Shown one piece after another: positions 1 to 9,932 of a stretch of 64,000 nucleotides of DNA. The notes beneath the pieces are model-generated. The model saw nothing but the letters and a program-made list of their open reading frames with translations. It ran no database searches and was not told the DNA's origin. Each line of letters starts with the position of its first letter. Position 1 is the first letter of the stretch. Position numbers and translations under genes: made by a program. This stretch comes from Planctomycetota bacterium (GTDB lineage Bacteria; Planctomycetota; B15-G4), in assembly GCA_038212275.1 (NCBI GenBank), contig JBBQUR010000014.1:1-64000 (forward strand), given 5' to 3'.

Positions 1-225
1 GTGGGTCAGTTGTTTCTGGGGTGGGGGGGGGGGGGGCGGGGGGGGCGAGGATGGGCCGGCGCTGCGCCCGTCAGGCAACAGGACGCGTCACGGTTCCGGG
101 AGCGGCGCCCTTCGCGCCGGACAATCCTCCCGCCCCGCGCACTCACGCCCCATGCGACTCACCACCTTCCTCGCCCCCAGCGCGGTCAGCACCCCCGGCG
201 CGACCGCGAAGCAATGCCGTCCCAC

Positions 226-2121
226 CTAGCGCCCACCCGCCTCGATCCACCGCTTCACGTTCTGCCGCAATGCCGGCAAGCTCACGGCCCCGGCTCCCAG
301 CACGACGTCATGAAAGCTCGAGAGATCGAAGCTCGCCCCCAGCGCGTTCTCGGCCTGCGCGCGCAGTGCCAGGATCTCCCGCTGGCCGACCTTGTAGGCC
401 AGCGCCTGGCCGGGCGTGGCGATGTAGCGATCCACCTCGTTCGCGATGTTGTTCGGTGCAAGCAGCGTGTTGGCGAGCATGTAATCGATGGCCTGCTGCC
501 TGCTCCATCCGAACGCGTGCAGCCCCGTGTCGACGACGAGTCTCGACGCGCGCCACGCATCGAAGCTCAGGACGCCGAGTCGATCCGTGTCCCCGGTGTA
601 GAGCCCGAGCTCCTCGCTCAGGCGCTCGGTGTAGAGCGCCCAGCCTTCCACGTAGGCCGTCGGACCGCCCTCGCGGCGGAAGCGGGGCAGGTCGTGCAGT
701 TCCTGTGCGATGGCAATCTGCAGGTGATGACCGGGAATCGATTCGTGGAATGCGAGCACTTCCGCTTCGTAACGCGGGCGCGTCTCGGGCGCGTAGGTGT
801 TGATGTAGTAGCGTCCCGGCCGGCTGCCATCGGCGGAAGGCTCGCGATAGTAGGCGATGGTCGTGTCGCGCTCCTCGTGAGGCGCGATCCGCACGACCTC
901 GCAGGGAACCGGAGGAAGCAGACCGAAGGCCGCGGGCACCGCGGCTTCAGCGCGCCGAAGCGCGGCCTCTGCGGCCGCCTGCACTTCGTCGCGCGTCGCG
1001 AAGTGCAGCGCAGGATCCGAGCGCAGGTGTTCCTGCACCATCGCGACGATCGCGTCCTCGCGGGCGGGCCCGGCGGGCATTGCCCCCGGAGCTCCTGGGA
1101 CGCCCGCGACTCCGGAGCCGAAGGACTTCTCCCCGAGCACAGCCATCTCGTGCCGGATGCGTGCGATCTCCGCGAGGCCGAAGTCGTGCAGTTCCTGCGC
1201 CATGAGCGGCAGCCCCGTGTGCGCCACGATCAGGCGCGCATAGAGCTCGCGGCCGCCGGGCAGCGACGCCAGACCCGGCCGATCGTCGCTGCGCGCAACG
1301 GGCAGCAACCGGTCATGCAGCGCCGCGCGATACGAGGCCAGCGCCGGCGCCAGATTGTCGCGCAGGCCCGCCCGCAGCTGCTCGAGCAGGAGTCTCGCGG
1401 TGTAGGCCGGCGTGCCGGGAGCGATCGTCGGATTGCCGAGCGGCCAGGAATCAACCGGCCGGGCGAGCAGCTCGTCGAGCTGGACCAGCGTCTTCTCGAT
1501 CGCGGATCGGCTGCCGACGAGTCCCTCGCGCTTTCCGGCCAGCAAGGCCAGCCTGGCCTGCTCCACGTACGCAGGCATCGCAGCCCATCGCGCGAGCATC
1601 GCCTCGCGCTCCCTTGCGGTGTGCGCCGGCTGGTCCTCGACGAGGTTCTGCAGTTCGATGTGCGGTGCGGCGCTGGGACTCACCAGCCAGCGCTCGAAGT
1701 GCGCGTCGTGAAAGATGAGCGCGCGATCGAGCTCTTCTCGGAGCAGCACGAGCGTGAGCCGATCCGCCTCGCTCAAGGAGTCCTGGTCGAGAGCCGCCGC
1801 ACGTTCCGAAAGCGCGACGAGCCGTTCGCGCCGCGCCGCGAGGCCTGTCGGCGAGAGGTCTTTCAACTTCCCGAGATAACGGCTGTCACCGAGGTTGCTG
1901 GCGAAGACCGGGTCGGCGCGCAGCATCTCCTCCCACAACTCCACGGTCAGCGCCGCCAGCGCCGGATCGGCCGTCGCACCAGCCGCATCGGACCAGGCCT
2001 CGGGCGATTCCGGGTTTCCCTTCGGTGAAGAGGGATCGTCGCCCGGAGCCGCCGAGGAACACGCGAGCAGCAGCAACGGCAGCAGAGTCAGGAGCACCGG
2101 CATGGCCGACAACGATTGCAT
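226..2121 (-). CDS. DUF885 family lipoprotein (putative metallopeptidase-like)
   Basis: Lipobox LLLAC; DUF885 motifs HESIPGHHLQ, AYVEGWALYTE, WRASRLVVDTGLH, EVDRYIATPGQALAYKVG. Start at ATG 2121 (or 2103). Confidence 0.9.
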   Translation of the reverse strand: MQSLSAMPVLLTLLPLLLLACSSAAPGDDPSSPKGNPESPEAWSDAAGATADPALAALTVELWEEMLRADPVFASNLGDSRYLGKLKDLSPTGLAARRERLVALSERAAALDQDSLSEADRLTLVLLREELDRALIFHDAHFERWLVSPSAAPHIELQNLVEDQPAHTAREREAMLARWAAMPAYVEQARLALLAGKREGLVGSRSAIEKTLVQLDELLARPVDSWPLGNPTIAPGTPAYTARLLLEQLRAGLRDNLAPALASYRAALHDRLLPVARSDDRPGLASLPGGRELYARLIVAHTGLPLMAQELHDFGLAEIARIRHEMAVLGEKSFGSGVAGVPGAPGAMPAGPAREDAIVAMVQEHLRSDPALHFATRDEVQAAAEAALRRAEAAVPAAFGLLPPVPCEVVRIAPHEERDTTIAYYREPSADGSRPGRYYINTYAPETRPRYEAEVLAFHESIPGHHLQIAIAQELHDLPRFRREGGPTAYVEGWALYTERLSEELGLYTGDTDRLGVLSFDAWRASRLVVDTGLHAFGWSRQQAIDYMLANTLLAPNNIANEVDRYIATPGQALAYKVGQREILALRAQAENALGASFDLSSFHDVVLGAGAVSLPALRQNVKRWIEAGGR

Positions 2122-2303
2122 GAAGGTCTCCGGAAGGAAGGGCGTGGATCGAAGCTGTCCGCGGACGGTGCGGGAGATCGACGTCGCCATTCACTAGGAT
2201 GTCCCGCGGAACCGGCTCCGTTCCACTCCTGCCCGCCGGCTGCGCGGCGTCGTGGCCCGGTCAGGATGTCGGTCGGAGGATCCGCCTGCAGCAGGAGATG
2301 TCC

Positions 2304-4430
2304 ATGTCGCACCGGTCGCGCCGCGCCTCGCTGCTGCTCCTGATCGCCGCCTGCGCGGCGCCGGCAGTGCCGATGCTGTGGAAGGTCCGCTACCCGCACA
2401 CGGCCACGGTCCCGCAGAGCGACGACTACCACGGCACCATCGTGGCGGACCCGTATCGCTGGCTCGAGGACGACAACAGTCCGCAGACCGCTGCATGGAT
2501 CGCCGAGCAGGACGCACTCACGGAGTCGGTGTTGTCGCGGCTGCCCGAGCGCGAGGCGCTCACGTCGCGCCTGACGGAGCTCTGGAACTACACGCGCATC
2601 TCGGCACCGACGCGGCACGGGTCTTTGTGGAGCTGGACACGCAATGACGGCCTGCAGCCGCAGTCCGTCACGGTGGTGGGGAGCGAACCAGGCGTCGAGT
2701 CGCGCGTGCTGCTCGATCCGAACACGTGGAGCACCGACGGCACCGTCGCGCTGGGAGCCGAAGGCTGGACGCCGGACGGCCACCTGCTGGCCTACGCAGT
2801 CACCGAGGCGGGTTCCGACTGGCAGGTCATTCGGGTCAAGGACGCCGTGTCGGGCAGCGACCTGCCCGACCTCATCGAGCACGTGAAGTTCAGCGTGCCC
2901 GCGTGGCGCCCTGACGGGAAGGGTTTCTACTACTCGCGCTACCCGACGCCTGCGCCCGGTGAGGAACTCTCCGCCAGCAACCACGACATGGAGGTGCGCT
3001 ACCACGCCCTCGGCACGCCGCAGACCGCCGACCCCATCGTGCACAGCGACAGCGCGCACCCGCAGTGGAACTTCAGCGCCTCTCCGACCGAGGACGGCCG
3101 CTGGCTGGTCCTGTCCACGACGCGCGCCGCGGCAGGCCGGAACCTCATCCACGTGCGCCCGCTGGACGAGCCCGGGGCGGCGCTCGTCGCGCTCGATGAC
3201 AGCTGGGACGCCCGCCTCAGCTATGTCGGGAATGACGGCCCGCTGTTCTGGTTCCTCACCACGTGGCAAGCCCCGCGCGGCCGCGTCGTGGAGATCGACG
3301 CACGCGACCCGGTCCGCTCGCGCTGGAAAACGGTGGTGGCCGAGACCGATGCAACGCTCTCCGATGCCCGCCTCTTCGGCGACACGCTGGTGCTCACGCG
3401 CATGCGCGATGCACACGACGTCGTGACGCTGGCCGACCTGCGCACCGGCGGCGAGGAGCCGCTGCCGCTGCCCGGCATCGGCTCGGTTTCCGGATTCGGC
3501 GGTGGACGGACCGACGGCGAGACCTGCTTCTCGTTCACCTCCTTCACGGACCCGGGCGCCATCTGGCGCCTCGACCTGGCGGACGCGCGCACGACGCCGG
3601 TGTTCCGGCCCGAGGTCGCGTTCGATCCGGCTGACTACGTCACGGAGCAGGTCTGGTTCACGAGCAAGGACGGCACGCGCGTGCCGATGTTCCTCGTGCA
3701 CGCCCGCGACCTGTCGCCCGACGGCGCGCGCCCCGTGACGCTCTACGGCTACGGCGGCTTCGACGTCTCGCTGCAGCCCGCATTCAACGTGGCGCTCATC
3801 CCGCTGCTCGAGCGGGGCGGCCTCTATGCGCAGCCCAGCCTGCGCGGCGGCGGCGAGTACGGCGAGGCCTGGCACGAGGCGGGCATGCTCGCCCTCAAGC
3901 AGAACGTGTTCGACGACTTCCTCGCCGCCGCGCAGTGGTTGATCGACAGCGGCTGGACCTCGCCGAAACGCCTCGCGATCTCCGGCCGCAGCAACGGCGG
4001 CCTGCTCGTGGGGGCCGCGCTGACGCAGAGGCCCGAGCTCTTCGGCTGTGCGCTCGTCGGCGTCGGCGTGCTGGACATGCTGCGCTACCACCGCTTCACG
4101 ATCGGCTGGGCCTGGACCGGCGAGTACGGAAGCGCCGAAGATCCGGCGCAGTTCCCGTTCCTCGCCGCGTACTCGCCGCTGCACAACCTGAAGCCGGGCA
4201 CGGCGTATCCGGCAACCCTCATACTCACCGCCGATCACGACGATCGCGTCGTGCCGGCGCACTCGTTCAAGTTCGCCGCTGCGCTGCAGGCCGCCCAGGC
4301 CGGTGACGCGCCGGTGCTCATCCGCATCGAGACGCGGGCCGGCCACGGTTCGGGAAAGCCGCTCGCCAAGCGCATCTCCGAAGCGGCCGACTCGCTGGCT
4401 TTTCAATGGGCAGCCCTGGGAGTGCGCTGA
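2304..4430 (+). CDS. Prolyl oligopeptidase (peptidase S9A), likely lipoprotein
   Basis: DPYRWLED N-terminus, beta-propeller, LYGYGGF, GRSNGG (Ser), DDRV (Asp), AGHG (His); AGGAG RBS before ATG 2304; IAAC lipobox. Confidence 0.95.
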   Translation: MSHRSRRASLLLLIAACAAPAVPMLWKVRYPHTATVPQSDDYHGTIVADPYRWLEDDNSPQTAAWIAEQDALTESVLSRLPEREALTSRLTELWNYTRISAPTRHGSLWSWTRNDGLQPQSVTVVGSEPGVESRVLLDPNTWSTDGTVALGAEGWTPDGHLLAYAVTEAGSDWQVIRVKDAVSGSDLPDLIEHVKFSVPAWRPDGKGFYYSRYPTPAPGEELSASNHDMEVRYHALGTPQTADPIVHSDSAHPQWNFSASPTEDGRWLVLSTTRAAAGRNLIHVRPLDEPGAALVALDDSWDARLSYVGNDGPLFWFLTTWQAPRGRVVEIDARDPVRSRWKTVVAETDATLSDARLFGDTLVLTRMRDAHDVVTLADLRTGGEEPLPLPGIGSVSGFGGGRTDGETCFSFTSFTDPGAIWRLDLADARTTPVFRPEVAFDPADYVTEQVWFTSKDGTRVPMFLVHARDLSPDGARPVTLYGYGGFDVSLQPAFNVALIPLLERGGLYAQPSLRGGGEYGEAWHEAGMLALKQNVFDDFLAAAQWLIDSGWTSPKRLAISGRSNGGLLVGAALTQRPELFGCALVGVGVLDMLRYHRFTIGWAWTGEYGSAEDPAQFPFLAAYSPLHNLKPGTAYPATLILTADHDDRVVPAHSFKFAAALQAAQAGDAPVLIRIETRAGHGSGKPLAKRISEAADSLAFQWAALGVR

Positions 4431-4431
4431 C

Positions 4432-5256
4432 ATGACGACGGACAGACTGGCCACTGCCGGAAGCGGAACGTTGAGCGGCAGTGTGGCCGTGATCACCGGC
4501 GCGTCGTCGGGCATCGGCGCCGCCACGGCCCAGGCGCTGGCGGCACGCGGCATGTCGCTCGTGCTCGGCGCGCGCCGCACGCAGCGGGTGGAGCGCCTGG
4601 CTCGCCAGCTGGCGATGGTGCACGACGTGCGTGCCCTCGGACTGCCGCTCGACGTGCGCGACGCCTCGTCCGTCGAGTCCTTCGCCGTGGCAGCCGAAGC
4701 CTTCGCCGGCACGGACGGCCTCGCGATGCTGGTGAACAATGCGGGTCTGGCGCGCGGCGTGGCACGCATCCCGTCCGCCACGAGCGATGACGAGGCCGGC
4801 TGGCAGGAGATGTTCGACGTGAACGTGATGGGGCTGCTGCGCGTGACGCGCCGCTTCATCGGAGGCATGGTCGCCCGCAATCGCGGGCACGTCATCAACC
4901 TCGGCTCGCTGGCCGGCATCGAGACCTACGAGGGCGGCTCGGTGTATTGCGCCACCAAGGCATCGGTGCGCGTCATCACCAAGGCGCTGCGGCTCGAGCT
5001 GCTCGCGACGGGAGTCCGCGTCACCTGCATCAACCCAGGCCTTGTCAGCGGAAACGACTTCTCGCTCGTGCGGCTGGGCTCCGAGGAGAAGGCCGCGGCC
5101 GTCTACGCGGGCATGACGCCTCTCACTTCCGCGGACGTGGCGGACGCCATTGCCTGGGTGGCGACCCAGCCGGCTCACGTGAACATCGAGGAGCTGAACC
5201 TGCAGCCCGTGGATCAGGCGTCGGCCCAGAAGGTCCACCGTCGGCTCACCAGCTGA
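4432..5256 (+). CDS. SDR family oxidoreductase (YdfG-like)
   Basis: TGASSGIG, NNAG, YCATK, INPGLV, QPAHVNI motifs; ATG 1 nt after the upstream stop. Confidence 0.92.
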   Translation: MTTDRLATAGSGTLSGSVAVITGASSGIGAATAQALAARGMSLVLGARRTQRVERLARQLAMVHDVRALGLPLDVRDASSVESFAVAAEAFAGTDGLAMLVNNAGLARGVARIPSATSDDEAGWQEMFDVNVMGLLRVTRRFIGGMVARNRGHVINLGSLAGIETYEGGSVYCATKASVRVITKALRLELLATGVRVTCINPGLVSGNDFSLVRLGSEEKAAAVYAGMTPLTSADVADAIAWVATQPAHVNIEELNLQPVDQASAQKVHRRLTS

Positions 5257-5357
5257 CGTCGTGGCGGCAGACCCGCATCCGGTCCTGACCGCAGCTCCGA
5301 CCTCGGGCCCGAGCCGGTCCGGGTGTCGACGGCCCGCGGGGGCGACGAGCCGGGCCG

Positions 5358-5384
5358 TGTCACGCGGTTTCGGGACGGGGCGTA
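5358..5384 (+). promoter_or_regulatory. Candidate ECF sigma promoter (TGTCAC-N17-CGTA)
   Basis: TGTCAC 5358-5363 and CGTA 5381-5384, ~80 nt upstream of the ECF gene; resembles the ECF41-type TGTCACA-N16-CGTC consensus. Confidence 0.45.
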
Positions 5385-5466
5385 GACACGAGCCTGCGGC
5401 GTGCGTTCATGGGCCGGAGTCGCAGCCACGGGAGCGTCATTCGTGATCCCCCAGATTCGAGGTCGA

Positions 5467-6015
5467 GTGACCGGACACGTCCCGGAGCCGGAGCTGCTCA
5501 AGCGGGCGCTGGGCGGCGACCGACCGGCTTTCGAGGAACTGGCGGGGCCATGCGTGGCCGCCGGGCGGGCGCTGGCCGCACGGCTGCTCGGCAGTCCCGA
5601 GGACGCCGAGGATGCGCTGCAGGAGGCGCTGCTCAAGAGCTGGCGCGGCCTGTCCGGCGTGCGCCCGGAGGTCCCGTTCCGCGCCTTCTTCCTGCGCGTG
5701 ATCTACAACCAGTGCGCCGACCAGCGGCGGCGCCGCGACACGCGCCGGCGCCACGAGATGGCGGTGCGGCCGTCCGCCGAACGCGCCCCGAGCGACCGCA
5801 CCGCGCAGCGCGAGACGCTCCTGAAGGTGACCTCGGCCATCGCAGCCCTTCCCGAGCGGCAGCAGGCGGCGCTGCACCTGCGCGTTTTCGAGGAACTCGA
5901 CTACCGCACGATCGGCGCGGTGCTCGGCATCACCGAGCGCTCGGTGCGCATCTACGTCATGCGAGCACGCAGCGTGCTGCGCGAACGCCTCGCGGCGGAT
6001 CTGGAGGACTCGTGA
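5467..6015 (+). CDS. ECF sigma-70 factor
   Basis: Region 2 (AFEEL...DAEDALQEALLKSW...FRAFFLRVIYN) and region 4 (LPERQQAALHLRVFEELDYRTIGAVLGITERSVR). Start approximate (GTG 5467). Confidence 0.92.
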   Translation: MTGHVPEPELLKRALGGDRPAFEELAGPCVAAGRALAARLLGSPEDAEDALQEALLKSWRGLSGVRPEVPFRAFFLRVIYNQCADQRRRRDTRRRHEMAVRPSAERAPSDRTAQRETLLKVTSAIAALPERQQAALHLRVFEELDYRTIGAVLGITERSVRIYVMRARSVLRERLAADLEDS

Positions 6016-7994
6016 AGCATCCGCCCAGCGCGCTGCTCCGCCGCTACATCCTCGATGAGGCCGACGCCGACGAACGCCTCCTCGTCGAGCAGCACCTCGG
6101 CGCGTGCAACCGATGTCGCACGAAGGTCGCGCAGGAGACACGGCTTGACGAGTGGCTCGTGGAGAGCTGCCCCGTGGCCGACCAGCCGCACGGCGCACGC
6201 GGCGCTTTCGACAAGCTGTGGGCGCAGGTCGATGGCCAGGCGGCGGACGCGGCCCAGGCTGAACCAGGCGACACGGCCACGCGCACCAGGGCGGACGGCG
6301 GCAGCTTCATGGCGCCCGACACGACGGACGCAAGCCTGGCGGACGGCCGCAGCCACGCATCCAGAGGACAGCTGACGGCGCCCCTGGCGATGCGGCGCGC
6401 GGCGGGATGGCTGGTGCCTGCCGCGATCGCCGCCGGCATCGCGCTCTTTCTGTGGTGGCGCGGCGGGGAACCGCCGCATCTCGACAGTGCGGTCGACCCT
6501 GCGCAGGACACGCCGATCGCTGCCGCCGAGCCCGAGCAGGCACCGCCGGTCGATGACCTCGACGAACGCTTCGACCCGACCCGCCTGCAGGCCGTGCGCG
6601 GCGCACTCGGCGACGGACTCTGCGAGGCGGACGAAGCGCATCCCTCCGACGACGCGGCCTTTGCCGCAGCCTGCGCGGACGTCTGCAGACCGCTGCGTGC
6701 GCAGGCCTGGCCTGTTCCGATGTTGCTGCGGCGGATCGGCCGCGAGGGCGGAGCGGCAGCAGCCGACGCCGCGCTGCGCCTGGCCGCCGTCTCGACGGAT
6801 TGCGATGCCACGCTGGCCGATGCCGTGGCCAACGCGTCCCGGCGTGACGCGGTCATGGCACGACTTGTCGCCGCGCCGGCGCGCCCGGCCGGCGCCGCGT
6901 ACGCCTCGTCACTCGTCGCCGCGTTGGCGAACGTCGCCGGCGCGCCTGCTCCGGGCACATCCCTGGACCGGCGCCTCGAGGTCGTCGGCTTGCTCGCGCG
7001 CGACGGCCAGCCTGCCGCACGTGCCGCGCTGGTCCGCGTGCTCGATGCCGCGCTGCGCGAGACCGCCAGCACGCCGGACGCCGCGCAGACGCTCACGGCG
7101 CTGGCGGCTGCCGCTCCGGTCGACCTCGTTGTCGACGTCCTGCTCGAGGGTGGAACACGCAGCACGACGCGCGCCGCGGCGGAGAGCTGCTTCGCGGAGG
7201 TCGCAGCCGGCGATCGTGCCGCGTTCGGGTCCGCGTTGAACGGCTTGCTGCCGAAGCTCCCGGGGGCGCAGCGCCAGCTTGCGGCGCGCTGGGCAGCGTC
7301 CGTCGTCCTGCCCGACGCACTGCCCGGACTTTGCGCCGCACTGGCCCTGCAGCCGGATGACGAGCAACTCGCTGGCGCGATCGGCAGCTTCGGTGGCGAG
7401 ATCGCCGCGCGCGGGCTGACAGTCGCCTTGCTCGCCGAGCGCGGACGTCCCGCTGCGAACGGACTCATGGCCGAGATCGTGTCGTGCCTGATCCGTGCAC
7501 CGGAAGAGGGCCCCGTGGCGCCGGCCATCGCCCAGGTGCTTGCGTCCTCGCGTGGCGACGAGTTGCTGCGCATCGCGCAGGCGCTGCCCGAAACACGACG
7601 CGGCGACCTGCTGCTGGCCGGTCTCGAAGCGCTTCCTGCCAACTCCGCGTCGCAGTTCCGTCGCGAAAGCCTGCTCACCGCACTGGCCTGCGAGGGCAGC
7701 GCGCGGGACGGCACGCGTCTCATGGCGTGGATCGGGACGCGACCCTCGACGGACCGCATCCTCGCGCTCGCGTGGACCACGGCCTACCACCTGTCGAGTG
7801 CGGAGGCCACCGATGCCTGGCAGCAGTGCGGGCACGACCCGGATCTGCTCGCGAACGCCGCGCGCGACAGCGGCAACTGGCCGCGAGCGGCGCCCGCACC
7901 GCCGGCACGACGCCAGCGGGTTCTCGACGACACCCTGCGCCGTGCCAGCCGCACGTCGCCACCGATCACATCCGTCTCCAAGGGAGCCTTCTGA
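6012..7994 (+). CDS. Zinc-binding anti-sigma factor (zf-HC2) with TM helix and large Ala-rich helical (HEAT-like) extracytoplasmic domain
   Basis: GTGA overlap with the sigma stop; HLGACNRC (HxxxCxxC); TM WLVPAAIAAGIALFLWW; helical repeat-like C-terminus. Confidence 0.8.
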   Translation: MKHPPSALLRRYILDEADADERLLVEQHLGACNRCRTKVAQETRLDEWLVESCPVADQPHGARGAFDKLWAQVDGQAADAAQAEPGDTATRTRADGGSFMAPDTTDASLADGRSHASRGQLTAPLAMRRAAGWLVPAAIAAGIALFLWWRGGEPPHLDSAVDPAQDTPIAAAEPEQAPPVDDLDERFDPTRLQAVRGALGDGLCEADEAHPSDDAAFAAACADVCRPLRAQAWPVPMLLRRIGREGGAAAADAALRLAAVSTDCDATLADAVANASRRDAVMARLVAAPARPAGAAYASSLVAALANVAGAPAPGTSLDRRLEVVGLLARDGQPAARAALVRVLDAALRETASTPDAAQTLTALAAAAPVDLVVDVLLEGGTRSTTRAAAESCFAEVAAGDRAAFGSALNGLLPKLPGAQRQLAARWAASVVLPDALPGLCAALALQPDDEQLAGAIGSFGGEIAARGLTVALLAERGRPAANGLMAEIVSCLIRAPEEGPVAPAIAQVLASSRGDELLRIAQALPETRRGDLLLAGLEALPANSASQFRRESLLTALACEGSARDGTRLMAWIGTRPSTDRILALAWTTAYHLSSAEATDAWQQCGHDPDLLANAARDSGNWPRAAPAPPARRQRVLDDTLRRASRTSPPITSVSKGAF

Positions 7995-9817
7995 TGTTCA
8001 CCTCGCTCGCGCTGTCCTGCCTGCTCACCGGCCTGCTGCCCTGCGCGATGGCCGACACCGCTGTCGGCGACAAGGCCGTCGTGGTTGCGCCCGCCCTCGC
8101 GCCGATGGCCGCAGCGCCGGCCGCGCCGTGGACAGGAGCCGAACTGGTCACCGTCACCTACGACCTCGAGCGCATCTGGGCGCCGCCCGCGCAGGAGCGG
8201 TACGCGATGCGCACGATTCCCTTCCGCTTCGTTCATGACGGCATCGAGCCGGGCTTCGAAGAGTGGGATGCAAGCTTCCCCGTGGACCACCTGGTCGACT
8301 TTCTCTGGAACGTCGTCGCACCGGGAGAATTCGACTACGAAGGAAGGGCGCTGAACGCGGTCGGGCGGAACGGCCTGCAAGTGACCGCCCCGACTTCGGT
8401 GCAGTCGGACGTGCGCGCGACGCTGGACTTTCTCGCGGCCAGCATGCAGCGCCGGGCGCGGCTCGACATCGACCTCTGGCGGACGACCGGCGATGGCGTG
8501 CTCCCCGATGCGATGGATGCAGCGGCGCTGTCCGCGGCGGAGTCTGCGGGAACGCTGCTCCGTCTTGCGGGGCGCCACGAGGAACTTCCACTGGGTCGCA
8601 CCGAGCGACGCAGCGCCGTGCGCGAGACCCGCTACCTGCGCGACTGGAATCCCGAGATCGCGCAGCAGTCGTCGATGGAGTCGCCCCAGTTCGAGACGCT
8701 TGAGACCGGCACGACGCTGCTGCTGCGCCTCGACGCGCAGGATGAAGAGCACGTCGCGTTCCGCTTCGTGCAGCAGCTGTCGGAGCTGCGCGCGATGGAA
8801 CACCGCAGCGAAGCCCTGCGCGCGACCATCCACACCGACTCGGGCAACACCAGCGACGTGGTGGCAGGCGTGCTCGACCAACCCGTGGTGGCCTTCGCGA
8901 CGCTTGCCGGCAGTGCTCTGCTCGCACCTGGCGACGACCTGCTGACGGTGGGTCATGCGCAGACGCTCGACGGCCCGGTGGGCTACGTGGTGCGCTACCG
9001 GCTCGTGTCGGTGGATCCGGCTCCTGCGCCGATGGTGCTGGGAGGCACGCCGTCGCGCGACGTGCGCGCCATCGATGTCTCCCAGGCGATGTGGCCGGCC
9101 CTGAGCGCAGATGCGCCGACGCCGCACCAGTACTTCGCCGGGCATGAAGACGCCTCGGGCCTGGATCTCACCTGGCTCGTCTTCCCGTCCGCCGAACGAC
9201 ACGACCCGGGCGAGATCATGCAGCTGGCCTTCGACAGCCTTGGAGACGACGGTGCCGCCGACAGGACGGTGTGGGATCTCGGATCCGTCGTCATCGCGGG
9301 AGGCGACGCGGGCTCGACGGAACGGGTGCGTGCCGCGCTCGCGGCCCATCAGCCGACGCGACGCGCGCTCACGCTGCAACTGGAAGTGCTCGAGAGCGGT
9401 CGAGCGAGTCCGGGCCGCACCGTGGCGCGCGCGACGCTTCCGCTGTCCACGGGCAATACCGGTGTGGCCGTCGTCGGCTGCGCCCGCATGTTGCTCACGA
9501 GCTTCGATGTGGACGTGGCTCAGGGGGCCGCCGTCCCGGACCCGGTGGTGGCCGGATGCTTCGACGGCCTGGCGCTCCGCGCCCGGGCGGCCGACGACGG
9601 CAGCGTCAGCCTGGACCTGCTCGATCAGCGCGTGCTGCACCGCGAGCGGGTGGACCTGCGGGTTCCCACGCTCATGCCGGTGGACCAGGTGGAACTCGCG
9701 CGGGTTTCGCTTTCCCCGCGGCTGCTGCCCGATGGACAGTGGCACAGCCAGCCGGACGTCGCCGGCGGCTTCGACGGGACGCAACTGGAGTTGCGCTGGA
9801 GGCTCGTCGCACGGTGA
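7994..9817 (+). CDS. Exported protein with two tandem secretin-like modules
   Basis: TGATG coupling; signal peptide MFTSLALSCLLTGLLPCAMA; N-domain-like TYDLERIW..LVDFLWNVVAPGEF..LQVTAP..VRATLDFL and secretin-like YLRDWNPEIAQ..P..ETLETG, both echoed in the second half. Confidence 0.55.
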   Translation: MFTSLALSCLLTGLLPCAMADTAVGDKAVVVAPALAPMAAAPAAPWTGAELVTVTYDLERIWAPPAQERYAMRTIPFRFVHDGIEPGFEEWDASFPVDHLVDFLWNVVAPGEFDYEGRALNAVGRNGLQVTAPTSVQSDVRATLDFLAASMQRRARLDIDLWRTTGDGVLPDAMDAAALSAAESAGTLLRLAGRHEELPLGRTERRSAVRETRYLRDWNPEIAQQSSMESPQFETLETGTTLLLRLDAQDEEHVAFRFVQQLSELRAMEHRSEALRATIHTDSGNTSDVVAGVLDQPVVAFATLAGSALLAPGDDLLTVGHAQTLDGPVGYVVRYRLVSVDPAPAPMVLGGTPSRDVRAIDVSQAMWPALSADAPTPHQYFAGHEDASGLDLTWLVFPSAERHDPGEIMQLAFDSLGDDGAADRTVWDLGSVVIAGGDAGSTERVRAALAAHQPTRRALTLQLEVLESGRASPGRTVARATLPLSTGNTGVAVVGCARMLLTSFDVDVAQGAAVPDPVVAGCFDGLALRARAADDGSVSLDLLDQRVLHRERVDLRVPTLMPVDQVELARVSLSPRLLPDGQWHSQPDVAGGFDGTQLELRWRLVAR

Positions 9818-9932
9818 GTCGGACGCTGCGGCTGCGTCACTCCCGCTGACCCCGGCGCGGACAACACCCGGAAGTTCGCGTGACGACCGTCCCGTGCTTG
9901 CAGACGGCCGGGCGTCCCGCGACACTCTGCGC

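Noticed and set aside
1..50. Poly-G/G-rich run (potential G-quadruplex or phase-variable tract) and the ORFs starting at 1 and 21
   Set aside because: It lies at the very start of the sequence, typical of low-quality contig ends or two-colour sequencing poly-G. The ORFs are antisense shadows of the DUF885 gene.
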